Shown in pieces: positions 13,976 to 26,739 of a stretch of 64,000 nucleotides of DNA. The stretch covers positions 9,176,001 to 9,240,000 of the forward strand of contig OZ116700.1 of the NCBI GenBank assembly GCA_964199315.1. The letters are read 5' to 3'. The first letter of the stretch is position 1, and each line of letters starts with the position of its first letter. The translations under genes and the position numbers were made by a program. The notes beneath the pieces were generated by a model. It did not search any database. It was not told the DNA's origin and saw only the letters and a program-made list of their open reading frames with translations. Origin of the DNA: Orbicella franksi. Its lineage: Eukaryota.

Positions 13976-15230
13976 ACATAGTAGTTACAAAACTCGCTTA
14001 TCCTGGGTTAGCTTAATCGGGCTTTGAACTGCCCTGCCCAGGAGCTCCACTTTTAGGCTTGGTTAAATCTATATAACGTAAAATCCCACTTTATAGCTCC
14101 CTCAGTTGTTAGCCCCCCTGGATATAAGCCCTTCTCTTTGCTAACAAAGATATTATTCCGGATATAAGTCTAAAGTTATAACATTTCTCATACCTTCATC
14201 TAAATTTTGATAACTACTCTACTTCACACCTCACGCGTTCTCGGAGAAAAAATGAATGCATCACTGGTAGTTTTAAAAGTTGAACGCAATTTTTTAAATT
14301 TAGGGAAGAGAAATTACCTTTTAACATTAGTAACGCTTACGCTCACAACAATATCTACAAAAAGCCCGGTTTAAACAAAGCTATCATTTCACTGGTTACA
14401 AGGATTTAAAGATTCGATTGTCGACTCGATTGTCGCCACGTATGAGAAACCTAAAAAAAAATAGGCCCACGTGGTGTGTACATAGCATTGTTAATGCTTT
14501 AGGGTCATTCCACAGAATTGCATTGCACATCCCTCTATGCATGATTTTTGCGTCATTAGCAAACAAACACAATGCATACAGTCTAGTTTGCAAGAGACAA
14601 ATCATGGTTTTTTCCTTGGAAGCGAGTACTGGAGCCTAACAATTTTTTTTTATTTAGTTTGAATGCAGAGATCACCTCCTTTCTACACAGTAAATATAGA
14701 CCAATTTCTACTGCAGAGTACAAAATTATCACTGAAAATGAGAACATAGCTACCACTCGTAAAAGATAATATCTGCCAGGTCAAGAACACTGCATGCTTG
14801 GAATGTATTGAATCCCTGTCAACTAAATAGGGGTGTCTTTATCACAAAACGTACATCAAACTGCTCCTTAACATTGATGCAATACATCCATTGTTGTATT
14901 TCTCACTTAACTTTCTCCCTATTTTTCCGCTCTCACAAAGCGTAAGGTGAATGGTTCAAATATGGACACTTCAGAAAGCAGATAATTTATTAGGAATTAT
15001 GGGGTTTATTGAACGTCCTCCTGCTCTTAAATGAATACTGGGACCCCCCTGTTTTATTTCCAAATTTCAGTTCTCTTGATGTAAGCAGCTAACAGGCAAA
15101 GTTTGAAAGAAAATCTATATTTGTGAGTTCTATTTCGATGGAATTACCTTAAGTCCGTAACAATGACAGTTCCAGTGCAGCAATATGGTGGATGGAAACG
15201 GAATTATTACCCATCAGGCTTTTCGATATA

Positions 15231-17147
15231 TTAGGTGATGACACATTTGCCTTCACTTACTTTCGTTGATGAGGCAGAAGGAAAATATCTCCTGGAATTG
15301 ATGCTTTTCAGTTGATGATTGCTGAGGAAGCCTTTGAATATTCTCGCCGAATGAGCGTTCACAACTGTTCTGGTATACGAATGCGCTTGGATGGGTATGT
15401 CAGTTTTCCAGATCCATTCATTCTTGTCTGGATCATAATGTTCTACTCTTGTATCAGATGGTGAGGCCTCAAAATTCCGAATGTTCATATAGCTGCCAAC
15501 AGCATACAGCTGGTCATCTACTGACAAAAGCTGGGGATGTACCTCCCGTCTGAATTTCAAGCTTGCAATAGACTGCCACTCATTTGTTGTTTCACTGTAT
15601 ACTTCACATTGACACCCTCCAGTGATGAAAATTCTCCCGTTACACACAGCTCCGCTGGGGAACTTTTTCGGTCGTAGAATGTCAGCTACCTTATCCCACT
15701 GGTTTCTGCAAAGATTGTACCTGTAAACATCAGTGCAGAGCTTTAACACATTCCTTTCAAGTCTTTCTTCACCGCCAATAAAATAGACAAAATCATCTTT
15801 GGCTACAATGCAAAAATCTTTTCTTCTATCCAAATGATCAAATGAAGTTACATCTTCCCATGAATTTGATTGCACTTTGTACTTTCTGATAGAGGAAATG
15901 CATTTTTCCCTGTCATTGTTAATCTCTCTGGACCAGCGATCTCTGTTTTCCACAGCTCGCATTTCAGACACCAGAGCATACATTTCATTGTCTTTACAAA
16001 CAAATATTTCCCGTAATGCCCATCTGTCAAAATCTATGTATGGTAATCTTGTCCAACAGTTCGAGTATGGATTATAGCAGGCAAGTGGACACCTCAGATC
16101 AGACCATTGCCGGAATGAATCCAGTACCTTACTATATAGTTTACCTCGATAAAAGACAAATTCTCCCTTCCCTGAACATTCACGAGGCATTTCACCTAGC
16201 TTACACCATCTACCCTCACCAGGAAAATAACACAAAATAGGTTGACCACTCAGTTCCCAGTTGATGTTGCGCACCGCACTAGTGACAACTATAACAGAAG
16301 TCTCGAGCGACTTTCTAGGTAAAATGGGCAAATTACCGTAGTTTTGTGAGTCAATTAAATTTACAGCGTCCACCACACAGTTCAGACAGCTTTCATTATC
16401 TTTCACCAAATCATTCTTTCGAATATCATTGGTTAGAAAGTCACGCGATGCAAAAACAAGTCGAACGTGACGAAACAACTCGGCGAAATATTTCTTTCGT
16501 TTTTCTCTGTCGTGATCAATCCATGCCAGAATGATCTTAAACACGTCTTCTTCGGCGCCAACATTTATTTCATCACTTGAAAGCCACATTTCCATTTCTT
16601 TGCTCGACATATTAAGAACCTCTTCACGGTTCGTTTCGTATACAGCGTTGAAATTTGCAAGGATGCACTTTTTGCTCTTGGCCAAAAGTTCTTCGCATTG
16701 ATATCTCTGGGAAACATGGTAAACTGAAATACAATTTGAAGTATTCAACATCTTTACTAAAGCTGCCTCAGCGAGCGTTTTTAAGCCCGGAAGAAATAAA
16801 TAATCGGCTGAAACGACAAGGTCTTGGGCATTCTCTTCCGCTAATATCGGAACATCACTCGTGTAAATAAACTGCAGTGTATTTCTCATAGCAGACTCGG
16901 AAAACATCTCCAAACGAACAATTCCTTCTCTGGACTCCTTCATGTCGCTGTTTAGCAGTTTTTCAAAGAAGGGACTTGCCTCTGAAAGAACTTGTTTATG
17001 AGCTTTGAATTCTTTGCCATCTTCGACCACCAAAATGACATCGCATCGCTGATCAGGCGTCTCTTTTGGCATAAAGAGTTCATTTTCTTTCCTTGGACTT
17101 GAAGTAACACAATCAGAATTATCTTCAGACTGAGATAAGGCTGCCAT
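15231..17147 (-). CDS. Kelch-like protein K1 (BTB-BACK-Kelch), 638 aa, intact, C-terminal CVIT
   Basis: Single ORF with BTB (CDVILVVEDGKEFKAHKQVLSEASPFFEKLL), BACK (EEDVFKIILAWIDHD) and Kelch blades (VYFIGG...YRYN...W; CEVY...NEWQ). Confidence 0.93.
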   Translation of the reverse strand: MAALSQSEDNSDCVTSSPRKENELFMPKETPDQRCDVILVVEDGKEFKAHKQVLSEASPFFEKLLNSDMKESREGIVRLEMFSESAMRNTLQFIYTSDVPILAEENAQDLVVSADYLFLPGLKTLAEAALVKMLNTSNCISVYHVSQRYQCEELLAKSKKCILANFNAVYETNREEVLNMSSKEMEMWLSSDEINVGAEEDVFKIILAWIDHDREKRKKYFAELFRHVRLVFASRDFLTNDIRKNDLVKDNESCLNCVVDAVNLIDSQNYGNLPILPRKSLETSVIVVTSAVRNINWELSGQPILCYFPGEGRWCKLGEMPRECSGKGEFVFYRGKLYSKVLDSFRQWSDLRCPLACYNPYSNCWTRLPYIDFDRWALREIFVCKDNEMYALVSEMRAVENRDRWSREINNDREKCISSIRKYKVQSNSWEDVTSFDHLDRRKDFCIVAKDDFVYFIGGEERLERNVLKLCTDVYRYNLCRNQWDKVADILRPKKFPSGAVCNGRIFITGGCQCEVYSETTNEWQSIASLKFRREVHPQLLSVDDQLYAVGSYMNIRNFEASPSDTRVEHYDPDKNEWIWKTDIPIQAHSYTRTVVNAHSARIFKGFLSNHQLKSINSRRYFPSASSTKVSEGKCVIT

Positions 17148-17485
17148 TTCTTGCGGCTCACCAAAATAGAAGACTTAGTTTGAAAGACGTTAGACTGCGA
17201 AGGATTTCGTTTGACTTTCCTCTTGTCGTTTCCGGTATCTCGGCTCTATTTCGGTTCCGTTTGTTCTTCCGGAAATAACGATCGGAAAACTCATCCGTGT
17301 TCGCAGACTGTTCGTAGACCTTCGTAGATCCGATTTTTGAATGTTCTCTGTGATGCATTGCACCCAATACGAAGGTTAGGAAAAAGCACTTGGTCCCTCC
17401 TCTCGATCGGTAGCAAGGGGAATACACGATATGTTCGCACATGGTTTACGGCAGCGCGGAATATTGAATACAGCGGTTGTTAGAA

Positions 17486-18045
17486 GGGTGTCTGGAAAAC
17501 CCGAATAGCGAATAGCGAATAGTCCCGAATAGTGCGAATAGTCTCGAATAGTACGAATAGTGGCGAACAGTCGCGAAAAGTGACGAATAGTGACGAATAG
17601 TCGTCAATCACCGCTTTAGATCTAATATCCAGCATTAATTAATTATCCAAATAAGCAACAGAATTTCAGTGAATTTATTACCTTTTCTTCTCCGGACTCA
17701 GGCTAGTAGGCTGTCCATCGCCGACATTAAGAAAACAGAAAACACAAGGATGACCTAATAAAGACGTATTTACGCTTTTGCAGCGGTTAAAACAGAAGAA
17801 ATTACGTTTAGAAACACCTTTTGTCCTGCTAAGCGTCTGTGCTTTTTAGCGTAAAAATCCATCCTAAGTTGCTACGAGGTTAACTGTGAGATACTGGGTA
17901 CCCTATTTGTTACTATTTGCCACTATTTGCCACTATTCGCCACTATTCGCACTATTCGTGCTATTCGCTATTCGCTATACGGGACTATTCGCTGTTCGCT
18001 ATTCGCGACTATTCGCTATTCGCTATTCGGGTTTTCCAGACACCC
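17486..18045. mobile_element. 560-bp MITE with 10-bp TSD (Mutator-like by TSD length)
   Basis: TIR GGGTGTCTGGAAAACCCGAATAGCGAATAG ... CTATTCGCTATTCGGGTTTTCCAGACACCC, subterminal CGAATAG repeats, TSD GTTGTTAGAA at 17476-17485 and 18046-18055. Confidence 0.88.
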
Positions 18046-20276
18046 GTTGTTAGAAAACGTTTACAGCCCCGCACGCGCAACTAAAATGTATGCGACATGT
18101 CACGCCTGAGCAAATTGGATCCAACGATACCCTAACAACTAAGAAATACAGCCAACGCTAGTTCTCTGTCAATTTTGTCGCACAGCAATGTAGCAATGCA
18201 AGTAAAATAATGATCACACAATTTGCATAGCTGGTGGCAACACGCGCAATTGATTTTTCAACTTTAATTGCAATATTTTGCGCGATGAGTTGCACCATGG
18301 CTACCCTCCCAATCCTGGCCATCCTCCCCACCCTCGCCACATTTGCCACCCTTGAAAGCCTAGCTCCACTCCTGGTGGGGGTGATGTCTTTTATCGGTCC
18401 CGATGCGGTTCTGATATTTCAAGCCTTAGACTGTTAATGATATTGAAAGCAAAAATGACTGAAAAATTGCCATTAATGGCTAAAAAGGCTCTCTCTCGGT
18501 TGTTTGTTCAAAATGACAGAGTGTATATAGATACTGGGCGAAGGGCAACTCTACCAGGACGTATATTGAAAACGTTAATCATCGTAAGCGACTAAATCAA
18601 AGTTCACCTTATTGAGTCAAACGTACACCCGAACCTACACAGTCGGCATGCTGCAAAAATACCCTGAGTTGTTCACGGATTGGGGAAATAAAGAAACAGG
18701 TATATAAACTGGTACTTTATTCCACATGCGTTCAGATGTTGGAGTCCACACAATGTTCTCGCAGTTGGTTCGTTTTTTTCGTGATTTCCTTGTAAAACCT
18801 AGAAGCTACTATTTTTCTCGGTTTTAATTTCTCATTGCGGGATTTTCAGGTCCTCCTTTCAACTTGCAAGAGTAAGTCCCATGGAAACTGCTCGCTGGAA
18901 GTTACATTATAACGCCACTGATTTGGTTCAAATTTTCACTCCGCGAAAAAAGATCAAAAATATTCCACGTCCGTTTGTTTCCCTGTTTATGTAATCAGCC
19001 TCACATTTCTTCCACGCAGACCACCGTATCAGTCAACAGAAAGAGTCACAGACAGAAACAGAAAACATAAACACTGTTTTCTCTCGTGCTGCTTGCAAAT
19101 AATCCACCCCTCAATGAAAAAGATAAGGATTTCCAAAACAGTGACCGTTCAGTTATAAGATTGTACCACAGAATACGTATTGAGCGCACGCGATCGAGAG
19201 AAGCGCGTTCATTCTACAATGACTTCAGTATCACTACGTGTCGGAGAAATGTCCGATGAGATTTTGACATCCCTGTTCCTTACGAAGTATTGGCCACAAT
19301 TTCTTAATGAAGAGAAAGAAACGAGCTTGTGAAGGAGAACAGTCATGAAAACAGATATAAACACAAAGATTTTACGTTTAGAAAATTTGTTTGCACACCT
19401 CCTGGTTTTTAATTCCCTCTATTCCATGTGTATTAGTCTTGGGAATAGACAAGACAGCAATGTGCAAAATGGCCAACAAATTAACAATTTTATTTCTACA
19501 CAGTTAAAGATAAGAACATGTTAGAAAAATACATTTTTTTATGATATATTATCAATTAAATTATTTATAGTTCTCTCATTGAAATTATTTGATATTCAGG
19601 TAATAAAATTTCTAATTATTTCTTAATATCATACGTAATTATTTATTAAGTTATTTAACAAAACGGCACACTGACTAGTGGCTTCTCCTGCTTTCTTTAT
19701 AAATATAGAAAATCTTGTCTCCTTATATTATTGTTGACATCTTATCCTACTATAGTGAATGCATGGAAAAAGCGGGCGGTGAGTTATGTCTCCCCACTGC
19801 GTGTAACTCGCACTCGCCACGCGCGCTCGCCGCGCGCTTAACTTCGAACTTCACAAAAGTACATCTTACTGGTTAATTACGATATGCATTACAACGCAAA
19901 TACATATTAACGGACTAGCCAGGTGCGTGTGTATATTACTATTACTCTCTTTTATCCAACACAACCTAAAGATATTTTGGAGGCCCCTTCGATTACTTTT
20001 ATCCCGAAATGAAAACAACTCTTTCAACATAAGGTAAGCTGTAGTTCGTTCTCTGAAGAAGGCAGTTCAGTCTATTCTGACTTACGTAACGCCGGCTTAA
20101 TTACATCTTTCTCATAATTTTGCGCACAGACCGGACCCAGATAAACCTGACACCAACAGTAAGACAAGCCTTATTTACCTTTTAGTTACAGGATATCCCC
20201 TGATGGCAACAAATATCCATGGTCCCATATTCCTACTGTATAGTCAGGTGTCTCAAATCTTCAATAAGTCGACTTT

Positions 20277-21074
20277 TCAAATCACCTCTTCTAACGAATC
20301 ACGTGATTGACGTCCACTGTGCGCATCATGCCCATCGTGCGCAGGGTCATTCCTATTGTCACGTGAACACGTATCTTAAACACGTCTTCAACTCGTGCTC
20401 TCCTCGTGCTTTGACGATAAAATGCTGTCTTTTTTTTCTGGCGGGATCTTGGTTTCTAATGTCCTTCGTCTTCGCCTTCTAGCTCCTCTTTCTACTTGCC
20501 CTCCTTTGGTTTGTTTCTCTCTATTAGCTTGCTCTTTTGCCGAGCTCGATTCAGGGTTTAAAACTCCAGTTGAAGATGATCGAGATGGAGGCTTAGGCGA
20601 GTGAGTGTCCTTCACGCTACAACTTATCTTCAGAGCAGAGTTGCGCCTTTCCTTGACACGTTCCCCGTGTTCCTGTATCAAAGATAATTTGGCGCTTTCC
20701 ATCGAGGCCTCATGTTTCACAGGGGAATTTAGCGTTGCCGGCGGCAAACGAGATCTCAGCAACAAACTTTCTGACGTTTTGGAGAGCTCTGCTTTATCTT
20801 ATATTCCCAAAAGCCGACCTATAAACAGCACGCAATCGGTCTTTATTAGCACGTGACTTAAATTCCTATTTCTCGTCTTCATCCCTTATCGCTGTTGATT
20901 GGTAACATAGCCCGTAAGGAGGCAATGAACGTGAATCTTTGGTCTTTAGTTTTGCCTCCGTATAGAAAGAGGGAGTGTTGCAATGGAAGAGACTGGGAAC
21001 CGGTTGTCCGGCTGGGCTGATTAGCTCGGAATGTAGGAGTGCGGAAGAGAAAACCTTCTGTGGTTAAAACTGAC
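20277..21074 (-). pseudogene. Degenerate duplicate of the kinase terminal exon (copy of 34965-35909)
   Basis: Acceptor TTTCTATTTCAG|GTC is retained and reads VSFNHRRFSLPHSYIPS then TAA (21023-21021). There is an ~140-bp internal deletion; the 125-aa ORF 20388-20765 is nearly identical to part of 34965-35684. Confidence 0.85.
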
Positions 21075-21980
21075 CTGAAATAGAAATGATCGCGTTAACA
21101 GGCATAAACTAAATCGCGCTCAGAATATGGCCATGGCTGAGTATGGCGAGTAAACATGTTCATTTGCCAAACTGCTAATTCTACAACAGTTTTTGAGCCG
21201 GCCGTTTTGATTTCATTTTCACTTAAAGTGAACGATTGTTTAAGGCGAAAATACGTTAGCTGTAATTTCCTGAGAAAAGTTCTCTTCTTTGTGGTCACCA
21301 TAGCAGACACTTTAAACAAAATTTTAAACTAAACCTCTCGAGGCTAACACTGAAATGAAAACATGCGCACAGTCAATGATGTAATGGATTCCAACGCTGA
21401 GACCAAAAGATTGTCTGCACGCGTCTGAATGGCAATGCGTGTCAAGTCGGGCAGAGGACGGTTAATTCGTTGACACGAGCTATCCGCCCTTGTACATCTT
21501 GAACGACGAATTGAGAGCCCAGAGCGTTTTTACGCTAGACGCATGAAACAGCAGACGCCTAATCCAGCAAATACCAGGCGCAAAAAGAAACGATACGAAA
21601 AGAGGAAAACATTTGAATACATGAGCAGACATTGTCTTTATTGGATTATCATCTGACAAAATCTTCAGCAGTTAACAATACAGTGGCTGTTAGAAGATTG
21701 ATGATGAGGATTTACGGAATTTAGCGAAGACAAGAATGGGGTTTAACGAGTCACTCAAAAGTTCCCCTATATATCTTGTCTTAAAAGTCAACAAAAAGCC
21801 CAATTTGCACATAAATATCGTTTCACTTGTGACAAGGATTTGACTAAACCCTAACCCTAAGCTCGATTTTGGCCACATATGAGAAAAGTGGAAAAAATAG
21901 GTCCGCATAGTGTACATATTGTTAGTGCAGCCGTTATCAATGACAGTCCGAGTGCAGCAACGTAGTGGATGCCTTATCGA

Positions 21981-23924
21981 TTACATGATGACACATTTGC
22001 CTTCACTCGCTTCCGTTGACGAAGCAGCAGGAAAATGGATGCTCAGTTGATGATTGCTGAGAAATCCTTTGAATATTTTCGCCGAATAAGCGTTCACAAC
22101 TTCGAGCGTTCGGATAGGTATTTCAGTTTTCCAGATCCATTCATTCTTGTCAGGATCATAACATTCTACTTGTTTATCAGGTGGCGGGTCGCGTTCACAA
22201 CACATCGAGATGCAGCCAATTGCAAGAGCATACAGTTTCTCATCAACTGACAAAAGCTTGGGACAAAGCAACGGACTGATGTTTAAGCTTGCAATGAACT
22301 GCCACTCATTTGTTGTTTCACTGTATACTTCACATTGACACCTTGAGGACCTCCCCCTCTCTAGTATAGCCCCCCCAGCAATGAAAATTCTCCCGTTACA
22401 TGCAACTCTGCTCAGGTCCATTTTCGGTTGTAGAAAGTCAGCCATCTTATCCCACTGATTTCTGCAAAGACTGTACCTGTAAACATCAGTGTAGCACTTT
22501 AACGCCTCTCCGTTATGGCTTTCTACAAGCCTTTCTTAACCGCCAATAAAATAGACAAAATCTTCTTTGGCTAAAATGCAAACATCTTGTCTTGCGTCCA
22601 AATGATCAAATGAAGCTACATCTTCCCACGAGTTTGATTCCTCTTTGTATTTTATAATGAAGAAAATACGTTTCCTCCTTTCTTTGCTTCTAACATCGCG
22701 TACTCTGTAGTCCACAGCTTGTCTTTCAGACACCATAGCGTATACTTCATCGTCACTGACGGCAAACATTTCCCGTAATACCCAGGCCTTGTAACAATCT
22801 CTCTCTGGTGACCCGCCATACGAATAGTTAGAGTATGGATTATAGCATGCAAGTGCACGCCTCAGTTCAGACCATTGCCGGAATGAATCCAGTACCTTAC
22901 TATATAATTTACTTCGATAAAAGACAAATTCTCCCTTCCCTGAATATTCACAAGGCATTTCACCTAGCTTACACCACCTACCCTCACCAGGAAAATAACA
23001 CAAAATAGGTTGAGCACTCAGTTCCCAGTTAGGGCTGATGTCCTTGCGCATCGCGCTAGTGACAACTATAACAGAGGTCTCGAGCGACTTTCTGGCTGAA
23101 ATGGAAAAATTACCATAGTTTTGTGAGTCAATTAAATTTATAGTGTCTACCACACGATTCAGACAGTATTCATTGTCTTTCACCAAATCATTCTTTAGAA
23201 TATCACTAGATAGAAAGTCACGCGATACAAAAACAAGTCGAAGGCGATCAAATAACTCGGCGAAATATTTCTGTCGTTTGTTTCTGTCGTGATCAATCCA
23301 TGCCAGAATGATCTTAAACACGTCTTCTTCGGCGCCAACATTTATTTCATCACTTGAAAGCCACATTTGCATTTCTTTACTCGACAGATTAAGAACCTCT
23401 TCACGGTTCGTTTCGTACACAGCGGTGAAATTTGCACAGATGTAATTTTCGCTCTTGGCCAAAAGTTCTTCGCATTGGTATCTTTGGGAAAAATAGTAAC
23501 CGAAAATACAGTTTGAAGTATTCAACATATTTAATAAAGCTGCCTCAGCGAGCCTTTTTAAGTTTGCAAGAAAAAAATAATCGGCTGAAACAACAAGGTC
23601 TCGGGCATTCTCTTCAGCCAATATCTGAACATCACCCGTGTAAATAAACTGCAGTGTATTTCTCATAGCAGACTCGGAAAACATCTCCAAACGAACAATT
23701 CCTTCTCTGGACTCCTTCATGTCGCTGTTTAGTAGTTTTTCAAAGAAAGGACTTGCGTCTGAGAGAATTTGTTTATGAGCTTTGAATTCTTTGCCATCTT
23801 TGACCACCAAAATAACATCGCACCGCTGATCGGGCGTCTCTTTTGGCATAAAGAGTTCATTTTCTTTCCTTGGACTTGAAGTAACGCGCTCAGAAGTATA
23901 TTCAGGCTGAAATAAGGCGGCCAT
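21981..23924 (-). pseudogene. Kelch-like K2: full-length frame with one in-frame TAA; C-terminal CVIM
   Basis: ORFs 22536-23924 and 21981-22445 are in the same frame. TAA at 22538-22536 replaces the GAA of paralogs (FIGG*ERL vs FIGGEERL); no frameshift. Confidence 0.85.
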
Positions 23925-24247
23925 CTCTTAGCTTACCAAAATAGCAGACGCTTTGGTTTTAACGACGTTAGACTGCGAAGGATTCTTGACTTTCAGCTTG
24001 TCGTTTCAGTGCCGTTTCACTTCAGTTCTCTCGGCTCTATTTCGGTTCCATTAATTTGTTCTTTCGGAAATAACGATCGGAAAACTCATCTGTGTTCGTA
24101 GACCGTTCAACAGTGTTCTTTGTGTTACAACCAATTAGGGACGAAGGTTAAGAAAACCACTTGGTCCCTCTTCTCGATCGGTAGCAAGAGGAAAACACGA
24201 TATGTTCGCGCATGGTTCACGGCACAGCGCAATTTCGAATGCAGCGT

Positions 24248-24352
24248 CATTGTCGTCCCCTGTGCTACTCGTCTTAAATGTCGTTGACGAGAAGCCCCCC
24301 CGTTTCGCCGACCACGCGACTAAAAGAAACGGAGGCTCTGGGGACGAGAATG
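24248..24352. mobile_element. 105-bp MITE upstream of K2 (shared copy at 32787-32891 upstream of K4)
   Basis: TIR CATTGTCGTCCCC ... GGGGACGAGAATG, flanked by near-duplicated ATGCAGCGT / ATGCAGCTT. Confidence 0.75.
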
Positions 24353-26739
24353 ATGCAGCTTGCGCGCGCAACTAGAATATGTGCGAAATTGGATCCAACG
24401 ATACCCTAACAACTAAGAAATACAACCAACGTTAGTTTTCTGTCAACTTTGTACACAGTAATGTAGCAAAGCAAGTAAAATGATGTTCTCGCAAGTTGCA
24501 GAGCTGGTGGTAACACGCGCAATTTAGTTTTAAACTTTTAACAACATTATTGCGCGATAAGTTTCACCATGGGTACCCTCCCAATCCTGGTCACCTTGGC
24601 CACCCTCCCCAACCTCGCTACATTTGCCACCCTTGAAATCCTGGCACCACTCCTGGTGGGGAGGATGTCTCCTATCGTATTGACAGGAAGTCGTCCTATT
24701 CCGTACCGGGCAAAAAGGAAATAAAAGAAATACGCTCCCGATGTTGTTCTGATATTTCAAGCCTTAGACAGTTAATGATATTAAAAGTAAAAACGACTAA
24801 GAAATTGCCATTAGCTAAATATGCTCTCTCAGTTGTTTGTTGAAAATTACACCGTGAAGGGCAAACCTACCAGGACGTGTATTGAAAAAGTCAATCATCG
24901 CAAGCGACTGAATCAAAGCTGACCTTACTGATATCAAACGTTCGCGAACCTACACAGTCAGCGTGCTGCAAAATTAAACACCACGATCGTTGTTCACGGA
25001 TTGGGGAAATAAAGAAGACAAGTATAAACTGGTGTTTTCTTACACTTGCGTTCAGATGTTGAAATCCAGAATACTTCATCGACCACCAGTTTTACTCTGT
25101 TTCAAGCAATGTTCTCGCAGTTGGCATGTTGTTGTCATGATTTCTATGTAGAATCTAGCACCTGCTATTTTTCTCGGCTTTAACTTTTCTTTGGCGGGAT
25201 TTTGAGGTTCTCCTTTCAACTTGCAAGGTAAAGTCCCATGGAAACTCTTCGCAGGAAGCTGCATTATAAACCCACTGATTTGGTTCAAATTTTCACTGCT
25301 CGAACAAAATTCAGAAATATTCCACATCCGCTTGTTTCGCTGTTTGTGTGGCCAGTCTCACATTTCCACCCAGACCACAGTATCGGTCAACAGAAAGAGT
25401 AACAGACAGAAACAGAAAACATAAACATTGCTTTCTCTCGTGCTGGTTGCAAATAATGCACCCCTCAGTGAAAGAGGGTGAGGATTTCCAAAAAAGTGAC
25501 CTTTCAGTTATACGATTGTACCACTGAATACGTCTTGAGCGCACGCGATCGAGTGAAGCACGTTCATTCTACAATGACTTCTTCAGTATCTCTACGTGTC
25601 GGAGAAATGTCCCACAAAGTTTTGACATCGCTGTTCTTACATAGAATTTGCCGCAATTTCTTGATAAATAAAAGGAAACGAGCTTGTGAAGGAGAGCAGT
25701 CATCATGATTTGTCTGCGTGCGTATGTGTGGCAATACGTATGTGTATAAAGTGAGGCAGAGGGCGATTTATTCATTGGCACGAACCCTCCACCTTCGTAC
25801 ATCTTGAACGACGAATTGAGATCTTGAACGTTTTTACACTAGACGCATAAAATCCCTCCCAGAGTAAGGTTATGGCTGAGTATGGCGAGTGAACATTTTA
25901 TTTGTGCAAAGTACAGTTTTAGCTAGGTTTTAGAGGCGGCCGTTTTGATTTCGTTTTCTTTCAAACCGAACAATTGTTTAAGGCAAAAATGGGTTAGCTG
26001 TATGGCCCCAAAAGAAATTGTCTTATATGTGGCTAGCAGATCAAACTCTTAAGCAAAATCTGAAAATACCTTTCGAGGCTAACGCTGAAATGAAAACATT
26101 CGCAAAATCGATAGATTTAAGCTGGATGTAATAGATTCCAACCCTGAGACGAATGATTTGTCTGCCTGCGTCTGAATGGCAATGCGTGTCAGTTTTAAGT
26201 CAGACAGAAGACGGTTACATGTAATTCATTGTCACTAACTATTCACCTTTGTACATCTCAGTGAACGACGAATTGAGAGCTCAGAGCGTTTTTTATACCA
26301 GACGAAGGAAACAGCAGACGCCCCGCAATACGGCAAACACCAGGCGCAGAAAGAAAACAAACAAAAAGTTGAAAACATCTGAATATATACACGAGCAGAC
26401 ATTGTCTTTATTAGATGATCATCTGACAAAATGTTCATCAGTTAACAATACAGTGGTTGTTAGAAGTTGGGGGAAATTTGATGACTTTAGGGAAGACAAG
26501 GACAGGACTTAACAAGTTAGTGCAAAGTTTCCTGCAATATCTTTTCTTAAATGTCAAAAAAAGCCCAGTTTGGAATAGCTATCGTTTCACTAGTTACCAA
26601 AATTTCAATGAATCACAATGTAGTTCGATTGTGGCCACGTGTGAGAAACTAAGAAAAAGTAGGTCCGCGTGGTGTACATATTGTAAAATCCGTGAACTAC
26701 AACAGTTTGAGTGCAGCTAAGTAGTGGATGGCTTTTCAT

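Noticed and set aside
17500-18035. CRISPR-like short repeats (CGAATAG / CTATTCG)
   Set aside because: Eukaryotic context, no unique spacers; they are mirrored subterminal repeats of a MITE.
18234-18437. ORF with 3-residue periodicity (MATLPILAILPTLATFATL), also at ~24590 and ~33105
   Set aside because: It comes from a degenerate 9-bp repeat; frames and lengths are not conserved between duplicated copies.
22536-22538. Selenocysteine or programmed read-through in K2
   Set aside because: The stop is TAA, not TGA, and paralogs have GAA; simple nonsense change.
24135-25424. Recurrent short ORFs (MRAQAAS..., MKYSGF..., MWNISE...) repeated at 32674-33915 as a gene cluster
   Set aside because: Their recurrence is explained by recent segmental duplication; the older K1 copy does not preserve these frames.
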